Shown: in pieces, positions 30,913-39,406 of the stretch
How positions within the stretch are numbered: the first letter of the stretch is position 1
Layout of the letters: each line of letters starts with the position of its first letter
DNA from: an uncultured Bacilli bacterium
Lineage (GTDB): Bacteria > Bacillota_I > Bacilli_A > RFN20 > CAG-826
Assembly (NCBI GenBank): GCA_934699525.1
Contig: CAKUWP010000001.1
Span: forward strand, 132,384 to 196,383
Length of the DNA stretch: 64,000 nucleotides
Reading direction: 5' to 3'
Program-made: the position numbers and the translations under genes
Notes under the pieces: generated by a model
Told to the model about the DNA's origin: nothing
What the model saw: the letters and a program-made list of their open reading frames with translations, nothing else
Database searches by the model: none

Positions 30913-31791
30913 ATGATTCTAACCAGCTTCAACGACCCTATTCCCTTCGAATCCCGCGAGGTCGCGGAATCCTTGTCGTTTACCTATCATATCAATACCT
31001 TCGATTATCCGATCCTTCACGGCCACAAAGACATCTGGGAATTCACCTTGATGACCAACGGGGCGATTGAAAATCAGCTCAACGGAAAAAGTTACCTTTG
31101 CCCCGCGGGAACCGTCTTCTTCGCGGGCCCCGGGGACGTGCATCGGTTAATCAAAGCCGGCACGGAAAAACCCCGTTACATCAACATCATCATCCGGGAA
31201 GCAAAATTAAAAGAGCTCCTTTCCGTTCTTTCTCCCGACATGGAATCGATTCTTCGCGACAGCAGCCACCATTTTCAAATGAACGCCGCCACGATTTTAA
31301 GCGTGGAATCTCTGGTTCATAAAGCCAACCTGGATTTAGGCTACTCCAAGCAAACGGACGAACTTCTTCTCGCTGCTTTCCTCCTTATCCTTCAGCAGGC
31401 ATTCGTTCAATGCATCAATGTTCCGGAAGATTTATCCCCCTTCGAAACCAAGGTGCTTGCCTTAAGTTCCAAAGAGGAATTCCTAACCTATACCGTCAGC
31501 GATCTTTGCACCGAACTTCATTATTCCCGCGTTCAGTTAAATCGTTTGTTCCAAAAATATTTCAAAATCACCCCGCACGAATATCTATTAACCAAAAAAC
31601 TCAATTATGCGGCGAGTCTTCTATTAAAAACCTCAATGTCGACGGCAGAAATTGCTTCCACCATTGGTTTCTCCCACTTATCTCAATTTAGCATCGATTT
31701 CAAAAAACTCTTCCAATTAACCCCTGGGGAATATCGAAAACAAAAAGGAACGAACTTCCTTAATGGAAAAGGGCCGTCCGTCAACCAGTAA
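30913..31791 (+). CDS. AraC-family transcriptional regulator (cupin sensor plus HTH)
   Basis: Start refined to MILTSFN (GGAGATTGTTT-ATG); C-terminal AraC HTH (IASTIGFSHLSQFSIDFKKLFQLTPGEYRK); divergent from the GH130 operon. Confidence 0.85.
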   Translation: MILTSFNDPIPFESREVAESLSFTYHINTFDYPILHGHKDIWEFTLMTNGAIENQLNGKSYLCPAGTVFFAGPGDVHRLIKAGTEKPRYINIIIREAKLKELLSVLSPDMESILRDSSHHFQMNAATILSVESLVHKANLDLGYSKQTDELLLAAFLLILQQAFVQCINVPEDLSPFETKVLALSSKEEFLTYTVSDLCTELHYSRVQLNRLFQKYFKITPHEYLLTKKLNYAASLLLKTSMSTAEIASTIGFSHLSQFSIDFKKLFQLTPGEYRKQKGTNFLNGKGPSVNQ

Positions 31792-31831
31792 GGTTGGGAC
31801 GACCCTTTTTGCTAGTAATTAATTGAAGCGA

Positions 31832-33865
31832 TCAATATTCAACGTAGACCGGGGTGGCATAGAACGTGGCACTCGGATTTTCGGTCCAAGTATACAACCC
31901 GGTGGTAGACGCCAAAGTTGTAACCGATTCGCGTTTAGATTCCTGCATGGCTTGCGGAACAGAATCATGGGTAGCGGGAACAATGACGTTGAAGAAATCC
32001 GTCACGCAACGGAACGTGCCCGTATCATCCAAGCGAGTAAACTCGACATAATTCCAAATATCCAACCCATCGTTGGATGCGCGCAAGACATTGGTGCCGC
32101 CAGTCAGAGGGAAGCTGTCATGGGGAGAATCCGGTTTGCTAACAAGATTTTCCACTTTAATGAAGAAGGATGCGGTCTTAACTTTCTTGGCCGTGAGGTC
32201 AAAGGTATCATTCAAGATGTTCACGCTTGATCCAGAAATATATTTTTTATACACGGGCATTCCCAAGAAAGTTTCGGTTTGAAGCTCACCACCACCTATC
32301 AATGCGCTGTCAACGGCTTTTTGTTGATAATTGACGATTTTGCAATTCTTAATTTCGCCATTTGCTTTCGAAGAACGCACAATTTCAATTTTGGAAGGAT
32401 CACACCCCGCCGGAATTTTCACTGTGACATTTTCAAGCTTGGTGCCTTTTCCCATCGATCCTGCGACGCCAGCAATTTCATTGAGTTTAGTCGCGTCCAT
32501 CTGGGGAGCTAAGAAATAAGCGGTCGAATTCCGGATAACGCCCCCATTTTTAATTCCTTTGGTGAATGTGCCTGAATCGTCCCAAGTTTGGTATTTAAAC
32601 ATGGTGTGTGCTGCGACATTTTCAATCAATCCGCCATCTAAGGTGTCACAAATACCCGCCGCACTTAGTGAGTAGTGGTCGATATGAATCTGAGTTTCAA
32701 AATTTTTGATAACGCCCGACAACGTCCCAAACATTCCAGATTTATGAGCGTTGCATCGATTTAGGGTGTAAACTCGATGCCCTTTTCCATCCAAAACACC
32801 AGAGAATTTTTGGTTCGGGAATGTCGTTAATTGAATATCGTTCGCCAGATAATAGACGCCATTTTCTTCCATGGCGTGGAATTCTTCTTCGTTGCTAATA
32901 GGTGTGCCGGCTTTTTCGGTCGCGTTAAGGTGAATATAGGTATAACCAGTTTCCTTGACGCTTGTGTCGTACTGTCTGGCAACCGTGATGGAATAAACGC
33001 CAGACGCATCCGCGGTCAAGGTCTTGCGGCCCGCTTCCGCGCGGTCGCTAGAAACCGTGACGGTGTAGTCATATTGCTTAGCAAAGAACGGGTCAAGTTC
33101 GACTTTGAATTCGAGCTTTCCGCCGATAGGAGCAAGAGCCGGCAAGGTTTTGCCTTCTTTGTCCGTGAAGCGGAATCCATCCCGTTTCGCATTGGCCATG
33201 ATCTTCGAATATTCGTTATCCACGGCCGTGCAGGCATATTTATAGGTGATGCTCTTGAAGGAGAACGCGCCTTCGGTGGAGGTCAGCGTCGGATTGTTCG
33301 TTTCAATCCAGAATGCGCTGGGATCGTCGTTATCGCGGTTATTGGTCCAAACGTGATGGAGGTTCTCGTAACCGACTTTATCCGCTTCCGCCGCGGTGCT
33401 ATAAAGTCCGCGTCCTGCGCCGTCGCCGCGATTATTGATCACCTCAAACCAGGTGCGGATGCTTCCTGCATGAACGACCTTTTGGCTTGGTTTAGCCACC
33501 GTTAAGCCGTCGATCTCCATTTCGTAGAAAAGGGAGCCGCCGTTCGCGCCTTGATAGCCATTCGTGGATGTTCCACCACTTATAACAGCGCGTGTTAAGC
33601 TCGCGCCTTGCTTAAAGGTAATCACATCTCCCGTGACGGTCACATCCCCTGTCACACTAAAGGGGTTGCCATTTTTGGTGATGGTCTTGACTCCAGCCTT
33701 AAAATCGTCCGCGGTGAATGTGATCGCCATGGCTTTCGCACTCGGATAAGCCCCTTCGCCGAGAAGGCTGCTATTGCCTTGCCCGCTTAAAACCACGCTA
33801 ACACCAGCAAGAAGAAGGGAAAGGCCTGCGCCCCCAACCAACAAAAGATTTTGTTTTTTCTTCAT
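31832..33865 (-). CDS. Secreted/membrane-anchored beta-helix-like repeat protein (about 677 aa), paralog family A
   Basis: Start at MKKKQNLLLVGG; motif FSGVLDGKGHRVYTL; GGLIENVAA and GGVIRNS repeats; C-terminal tail YATPVYVEY. Confidence 0.65.
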   Translation of the reverse strand: MKKKQNLLLVGGAGLSLLLAGVSVVLSGQGNSSLLGEGAYPSAKAMAITFTADDFKAGVKTITKNGNPFSVTGDVTVTGDVITFKQGASLTRAVISGGTSTNGYQGANGGSLFYEMEIDGLTVAKPSQKVVHAGSIRTWFEVINNRGDGAGRGLYSTAAEADKVGYENLHHVWTNNRDNDDPSAFWIETNNPTLTSTEGAFSFKSITYKYACTAVDNEYSKIMANAKRDGFRFTDKEGKTLPALAPIGGKLEFKVELDPFFAKQYDYTVTVSSDRAEAGRKTLTADASGVYSITVARQYDTSVKETGYTYIHLNATEKAGTPISNEEEFHAMEENGVYYLANDIQLTTFPNQKFSGVLDGKGHRVYTLNRCNAHKSGMFGTLSGVIKNFETQIHIDHYSLSAAGICDTLDGGLIENVAAHTMFKYQTWDDSGTFTKGIKNGGVIRNSTAYFLAPQMDATKLNEIAGVAGSMGKGTKLENVTVKIPAGCDPSKIEIVRSSKANGEIKNCKIVNYQQKAVDSALIGGGELQTETFLGMPVYKKYISGSSVNILNDTFDLTAKKVKTASFFIKVENLVSKPDSPHDSFPLTGGTNVLRASNDGLDIWNYVEFTRLDDTGTFRCVTDFFNVIVPATHDSVPQAMQESKRESVTTLASTTGLYTWTENPSATFYATPVYVEY

Positions 33866-34182
33866 AGAAATCATCACTCCTTTCTCTTAAGTAAAAAGAT
33901 TTCTATCTTTGTAAGCGGTTACATTTTATAGGGCATCCCTACGTTCCTTAAACCTTCTTTCAAAACACTATTCAATGTTTTTGTTACATTATTAGGTTTT
34001 TTTCTCGTTTTTACGACACGGATTTGTCACACGTAGAGTCAAAAACAACCAAATAGGCTCGGATGTGGAAAAACAGGGTTTTGAATCACGAGCCATAAAA
34101 GATTGAAATGATGGTTTCGTAACAAAGATTGAATCGGATATTTTGCCTGTACTAAATACTATGCCCCTTTCGGTAAGACTCA

Positions 34183-34283
34183 TGTAAAAAGGTGCAATTA
34201 ATGAAGTCGAATAACCTGTAAAAAGGTGCAATTAATGGAGTTAAAAACTTGCAAAAAGGTGCAATTAATGAAAAAATACAATC
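34183..34283 (+). repeat. Three tandem 33-34-bp direct repeats (TG[T/C]AAAAAGGTGCAATTAATGRA...) ending at the ATPase start codon
   Basis: Units at about 34183, 34217 and 34250; each carries AAGGTG followed 7 nt later by ATG (micro-ORFs such as MKSNNL*). Confidence 0.85.
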
Positions 34284-35666
34284 ATGAAACGAAAATACTT
34301 AGCAGATTTAGAACGTTGGCTTACTGCCCCCGACCGTAAGCCTTTAATGGTTTGGGGGGCCCGACAAGTGGGAAAATCTTATTTAATTGAAGAACTATTC
34401 GCGAAAAAATATTTCCCCAATCGCTACCTGCGAATTGACTGCTCAGACGATACGACTTTTGTCGATTACGTTTTCTCTAATAGTAAATTGAACGATGTTC
34501 TGGCTTACATCGAATTGGCCTACGACTTTAAGGCGGACAAAGACCATCTTTTGATCTTTGACGAAGCCCAAGATTGTCTTCCCGTTGTCAAAATGATGAA
34601 GCATTTCTGTGAACAGCACCGGGAAATCCCCGTCATCGTCACAGGATCTTTGGTTCGGTTAAAAATCATGCGCGATGCCCATAAAAGAGGCCAATATGCG
34701 AAAGATACCAAATTTCTTTTCCCTGTAGGAAAAATCAACCAGCTCTACATCTATCCAATGACCTTCGATGAATTCCTGTTAAATGATAACCCCGGACTTT
34801 TGGATTACCTATCCACGCATTTTCAAAAGCAAATCCCCTTGGAACCCGTTATTCATCAAAAGGCTTTAGATGCCCTTCAAAATTATCTTTTTGTTGGAGG
34901 AATGCCGGAAGTCGTAGACACCTACTTGAAGAATAGGGAAAACGGCCCTCTTGGGCTACAAGCCGTCGCGGATAAATTGCAGGAAATTTATGACGACTAT
35001 CTTGCCGATATGGATTTATATCAGGCATCGCCAGAATCCATCATTCGAAGTCGCGCCGTCTATCGCGATATCTATCGCCAATTAAATAAAGAGAATAAGA
35101 ATTTCAAATTTTCTTTGGTTGAAAATAAAGCCAAAGGAAGGGATATGGCAAACCCCATCGCTTGGCTTGTAACCGCCAAAGTCGTCAACCAGTCCTTTTT
35201 ATTAAAAGAAAAGGCCACGACCCCTTTTGTAAAAGAGGAAGATTCCTTAACGCGCCTTTATTTATCCGATATGGGAATGTTCACTTATCAAAGTGGTTTA
35301 AACGTCAAAACGTTCTTAACCAATAAAAACAACGCTCTCTCTGGGATATATTTTGAAAATTATGTCGCCTGCGAATTAAGCGCAAGACGGATCGGTCTAT
35401 TCTATTGGAAAGGAAAAAGGGATTCCGAAATGGAATTCCTTCTCGATATCGACGGATGTCCCACCCCCATTGACGTTAAGAAAGGTCGAGGCAGTCTTAA
35501 TTCATTAAAGGGATTCCGCGCCCACAATAGCAATGGCCTGGCCATCAAGATTTCTAGCAATCAGTATGGTTATGATCAGGAAACCAACCTATTGACTTTA
35601 CCTCTTTATTATTTGTCTTTCTATTTGGATAAATTGCAAAAAGGTGCAATTAATGAAGTCGAATAG
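34284..35666 (+). CDS. COG1373-type AAA+ ATPase (AAA_14 plus DUF4143 architecture)
   Basis: Walker A GARQVGKSY, Walker B LLIFDEAQ, typical 460-aa length; paralog of 43230..44528. Confidence 0.8.
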   Translation: MKRKYLADLERWLTAPDRKPLMVWGARQVGKSYLIEELFAKKYFPNRYLRIDCSDDTTFVDYVFSNSKLNDVLAYIELAYDFKADKDHLLIFDEAQDCLPVVKMMKHFCEQHREIPVIVTGSLVRLKIMRDAHKRGQYAKDTKFLFPVGKINQLYIYPMTFDEFLLNDNPGLLDYLSTHFQKQIPLEPVIHQKALDALQNYLFVGGMPEVVDTYLKNRENGPLGLQAVADKLQEIYDDYLADMDLYQASPESIIRSRAVYRDIYRQLNKENKNFKFSLVENKAKGRDMANPIAWLVTAKVVNQSFLLKEKATTPFVKEEDSLTRLYLSDMGMFTYQSGLNVKTFLTNKNNALSGIYFENYVACELSARRIGLFYWKGKRDSEMEFLLDIDGCPTPIDVKKGRGSLNSLKGFRAHNSNGLAIKISSNQYGYDQETNLLTLPLYYLSFYLDKLQKGAINEVE

Positions 35667-35701
35667 CCTGTAAAAAGGTGCAATTAATGGAAATGAAAAG
35701 G
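35636..35701 (+). repeat. Two further copies of the 33-bp repeat, overlapping the last 10 codons and stop of the ATPase gene
   Basis: 35636-35693 matches 34183-34240 over about 57 bp with two mismatches; the repeat encodes ...KGAINEVE*. Confidence 0.85.
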
Positions 35702-35719
35702 TGGCGGAACCCCGCCACC
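35700..35719. terminator. Bidirectional terminator hairpin between the ATPase and the convergent lipoprotein gene
   Basis: GGTGGCGG-AACC-CCGCCACC, perfect 8-bp GC-rich stem. Confidence 0.55.
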
Positions 35720-35740
35720 AATTATTAGAAAGTGTGCTAA

Positions 35741-37432
35741 TTAGTAAGTGATGCCGCCACCGAGAGCGCTGACAGAAACGGTTTTGGTGAAGGTTTTCGG
35801 ATCTTCGTTTTCAAATTCCAATACCACATGGCCATCCACAAGTTTGAAGGAGGACAATGTAAAGGAACCCCAATCCACTTCGTTTCCTTCTTCGTCCATT
35901 TCGATGAAACTTCCTTCATCGGCCAAAGAGGCCTCGGTCGCGTTGTTCCAGGTAAATTTGTAGTAATAGGCGGTCATCATGCTGTCATAGTATTGAATCG
36001 TACCCGTCTTATCTTCCTTAAAGACAAGGGTCGATGCTGGATAGCCATCATCTTCCCAATTTCCTAGAAGCAACGAGGCGATGCCGCCCGTCGATTTGGC
36101 TTTGACAGTGAAAGTGTTGCTTGCAACGGCTTTGCTACCATCGGCTTTGCTTTGGGTCGAGGTGAAGGTCACCACGATCTTGCTGCCTGCAGCCGCATCT
36201 TCTTTGACTTGGAGGGTATATCCGTCCGCCGCGCTGCCGGTAAGGGTAGCGAATTCCGATCCGGAAGTGATTTCCGCGGTATAAAGATTTTTCGCTGTCG
36301 TGGGAAGGATCGTCGCGGAGAGGGAAACACTAGAACCCGCGACCACTTCTTTGTCTTCTTGGTTGAGGCTGATGCCGTTGATGGGCTTATCTTCCGTCAC
36401 GATGTGGAGGCTTCCACTAACCCCGTGGGCGGAAACGAAGGGGATGTCCACTTCGCCGGCTTTTAGGATCTTGAATTGATTCGTACGCGAATTGAAGAGA
36501 ACGAATTCGTTATCTTCTCCAATCGTTGAGACGATCGCATCTACAAGCGTCGAAGCTTTGGGGTTCTTAGCGGAAGCAAACTTCACCGCGTAGGAATTGT
36601 CGACCAAATAACGGCCGTCTTCGCTGACAAGGGTCGCTTGGATATCCTTGAAGCAGTAATTTTCTTCCAAAACCGCTTCCGGGTTTTCGACCTTGGCTCC
36701 TTCTTTCTTCCATTCGTAGGACGAGGAGGAAGTTGAAGTCGGCGTCGAATCCGCTTCGCTAGCGAAAGTCGAAGTCGTGGTGACGAGTTTTACGATGGCT
36801 TCATCGAGGATCGTCGCTTCGAATTTCTTTTCGACGGTGGCTCCTTCTTCTGTCACTTTTTCGGTCAACGTGAAGACATCGTTTTCATACGCATAAGTTT
36901 TGCCTTCTCCGCCTTTGACAAAGTCATCGAGGACAGCAAGGTTCGCGCTTAAACCATAGGCGTTATTGACCAAAAGAAGAGAGGTTTTTTGATGGAATTC
37001 TTTCTTCGTGGCATCGCTCATCTCAGTTTTAGCAAAATCGACGAGCGCGTCTCCTTCGAAACGGAATTCAAGGAAGGCGTTGTCTTCAATGGAACGGACG
37101 AGGGTGATGTTGCCCGGATTATGCTGAACCACTTGGTTTTTGAAAAAGGAAGCCGAGAAAACGTTTTCCCCTTCTTGGTATGCGGCGGAGGTCGCCAAAG
37201 GCTCATTGGCGATGGTGTTCTTCTTATAGGCTTCGAAATGGGCTTTGAAGCGTTCTTCCGCGGTTAGTCCCACCGTCGAGCTTGTCGAAGCGGAGGAAGA
37301 GGAGGAAACCGAGGTAGCGGAATCGCTAGTAGAAGGATTCGGCTTGGTTTCGCTGGAAGAGGGGTTTCCGCCCGTGCATCCCGCAAGAAGCAAAAGGGAG
37401 GAAAGCAGCAAAAGGGATGGTTTTTTATTCAT
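35741..37432 (-). CDS. Large lipoprotein with a Ser/Thr-rich linker (563 aa), unknown function, paralog family B
   Basis: Lipobox LLLAGCTG followed by an S/T-rich low-complexity region. Confidence 0.65.
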   Translation of the reverse strand: MNKKPSLLLLSSLLLLAGCTGGNPSSSETKPNPSTSDSATSVSSSSSASTSSTVGLTAEERFKAHFEAYKKNTIANEPLATSAAYQEGENVFSASFFKNQVVQHNPGNITLVRSIEDNAFLEFRFEGDALVDFAKTEMSDATKKEFHQKTSLLLVNNAYGLSANLAVLDDFVKGGEGKTYAYENDVFTLTEKVTEEGATVEKKFEATILDEAIVKLVTTTSTFASEADSTPTSTSSSSYEWKKEGAKVENPEAVLEENYCFKDIQATLVSEDGRYLVDNSYAVKFASAKNPKASTLVDAIVSTIGEDNEFVLFNSRTNQFKILKAGEVDIPFVSAHGVSGSLHIVTEDKPINGISLNQEDKEVVAGSSVSLSATILPTTAKNLYTAEITSGSEFATLTGSAADGYTLQVKEDAAAGSKIVVTFTSTQSKADGSKAVASNTFTVKAKSTGGIASLLLGNWEDDGYPASTLVFKEDKTGTIQYYDSMMTAYYYKFTWNNATEASLADEGSFIEMDEEGNEVDWGSFTLSSFKLVDGHVVLEFENEDPKTFTKTVSVSALGGGITY

Positions 37433-37438
37433 TTTTCA

Positions 37439-39388
37439 TTACTCCATCGGCGTTAGGCCATTGATCAAAAGCGTCAAATTCGGAGCGAGGGAAGCGGTGC
37501 CATAATCCTTGAAACTGATTTGATCATAACCCGTCACAGATCCCTGCCCGTATTCAGAGGGGGCCTCGTATCGATAATTGATATTAAGCACGCGCGAATT
37601 TTCGTCAAGTTGCATCGTGAGGGTGCTCGGAATCATATAAGCTCCGCCTTCTCCCATGATGAGGGTATCCGCGACGGAAAGGACTTCCGGCTTCGGGACG
37701 ATTTGGTTTTTGGAATTGATGTTGAAGATAAGCGGGGAGGCCGAGAAACCGATATGGTTATCCAGGGTATCGCCTTCGATGCATTTACCACTGGTGACGG
37801 CGACCAAACGATTTGATGTCGCATCACGACTCACGTTGAAGGGGATGACTTTGCCGTCTTTTTCCACGAACCCGTGGCGTTTGGAAACTTCCGTAGTCAC
37901 AGGGTTATAGACTTCAAAATAGAGAATGTTGTTCGTTAAAGTCATGCGGGTGACGCTAGAAGCAAGGGAGCCATAATCTTCGATCGTAGCCACATAAGAG
38001 GAGCCTTGCTTTAGGCCTTTAAACGCATTCTCGATCTTCTTTTGGTTGGCATCGTCTGCCTTGGCTTCATAAGGGGCAGGGCGAGTGAAATTGGCTTTGG
38101 AATCAAAGGTGGTCTTCACCGTGTAATAGAAATAGGAGGAATCGGAGTCGGAGACCGAGCGATAGAAGGTGGCGTCCATTTCCTGCATGACTCCATTTTC
38201 CACGACGAGATCCAACGTCTTAATCGCCATATCGAAGTTGACGTAGGAATAGGAATAGAAGAATCCTTCCGCGTCTAAGCCCAAATAACGATAGGTGTTG
38301 TCTTTGATTTTACGGAAAGCCTTCGCGGAGAAGATATCCTTCGGCCATTCAAGTTCCTTCCATTGGATGTCTTTGCCCTCTTCGGCGCTATTTTCCACAA
38401 TGACTTCGTTATGGCCGTTGATGCCGATGATTTTGGCTGCGCCATTTTGGTTTTCAAAGAAATGGGCGTAGATCTGTTCGCTGCCCTTTTCTTGGCTGCG
38501 GACGCTAAGCTGCGTGGAAGAGATGCCAACGTCGCTAACGGCATATTCCACCGGTTCTTCATTTCCTTCGTGGAGAGAAATGACGTTATGGGCGGAAAGG
38601 GTTTCGCTTTGGAGGACCTTCGCCGCGTCTTCGCTTAAGGATTCCCCGCTAGCATAGGAGGAACGGAACGCTTCGATGGCTTCGAGTTTGGAGCAATCCA
38701 CGTTCGAGAAAGTGGCCTTGGTGATGACCGCTTCTTTGTAGTCCCCATTGGAATCCATGCTCAGCGCATTGATGGTAAAGGCGAGGTCACCATTTTCCAA
38801 AATGGAGAAGGTCGTATCTTGGATTAAATTATTTTGGGCCAAAGAGATATAGCCAACGGAAGCGCAGAAAACGAGGTTTGCCATTGCGCTGTCCGTATAG
38901 AAAGATCCATCCGCGGCTTCTTTAATCGCACCGCTTTTGAGGTTATAACGGCTTTGAGTTTTGTCCGTGAACAGGGAGAAATAGCTGATTTCGTTGACGG
39001 AGCTCACGTAGGTTCCGCTGCTGGTCTCGGGGAGAAGGATGTCCACGTTATTTTGGTTTAAGTCAAAGCGATAAAGGATGTCCTCATCTTCTTTTTCCAC
39101 GTAGGGGAGAAGCATTCCACCACTTTGAAGGATGGAAGCGTAATAGTAGTCTTTGTTGAACAAGTCAAAGCATTCCACCCCTTCCATCGAATAGGAGAGG
39201 GTGTAATCACCGTGATTGGCCACATAGATCAAATAGTCGTAGATATATTCCGCGTCCTTTTCGCGGTCCTTCATATCCTCGTAGAAATGGGATCCCGAGG
39301 AGGAGGAATCTTGGGGTTTATCGGTGTTGCCACATCCTGCTAGAAGCAAAGGAAGGATGAGGGGAATGATGTATTTAAATTTTTTCAT
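37439..39388 (-). CDS. Large lipoprotein (649 aa), unknown function, paralog family B
   Basis: Lipobox LLLAGCGN; a shared block (DNTYRYLGLDAEGFFYSYSY...VVENGVMQEMDATFY) aligns with the 39407 protein (GNGRYRYIGSNPFSVFYG...VSNGALTNIEVKF). Confidence 0.65.
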   Translation of the reverse strand: MKKFKYIIPLILPLLLAGCGNTDKPQDSSSSGSHFYEDMKDREKDAEYIYDYLIYVANHGDYTLSYSMEGVECFDLFNKDYYYASILQSGGMLLPYVEKEDEDILYRFDLNQNNVDILLPETSSGTYVSSVNEISYFSLFTDKTQSRYNLKSGAIKEAADGSFYTDSAMANLVFCASVGYISLAQNNLIQDTTFSILENGDLAFTINALSMDSNGDYKEAVITKATFSNVDCSKLEAIEAFRSSYASGESLSEDAAKVLQSETLSAHNVISLHEGNEEPVEYAVSDVGISSTQLSVRSQEKGSEQIYAHFFENQNGAAKIIGINGHNEVIVENSAEEGKDIQWKELEWPKDIFSAKAFRKIKDNTYRYLGLDAEGFFYSYSYVNFDMAIKTLDLVVENGVMQEMDATFYRSVSDSDSSYFYYTVKTTFDSKANFTRPAPYEAKADDANQKKIENAFKGLKQGSSYVATIEDYGSLASSVTRMTLTNNILYFEVYNPVTTEVSKRHGFVEKDGKVIPFNVSRDATSNRLVAVTSGKCIEGDTLDNHIGFSASPLIFNINSKNQIVPKPEVLSVADTLIMGEGGAYMIPSTLTMQLDENSRVLNINYRYEAPSEYGQGSVTGYDQISFKDYGTASLAPNLTLLINGLTPME

Positions 39389-39406
39389 AATCGCGTATTC
39401 CTTTCA

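Noticed and set aside
32831-33505. 224-aa plus-strand ORF
   Set aside because: Antisense inside the well-supported beta-helix paralog gene 31832..33865; no RBS.
33878-34182. 300-bp intergenic region searched for ncRNA, riboswitch or tRNA
   Set aside because: No cloverleaf-compatible pairing, conserved riboswitch core or strong hairpin seen; probably just the divergent promoter region.
34183-34283. Possible CRISPR array (short tandem repeats)
   Set aside because: Units are directly tandem with no unique spacers, only three copies, and no cas genes; they behave as direct repeats flanking a gene, not as a CRISPR.
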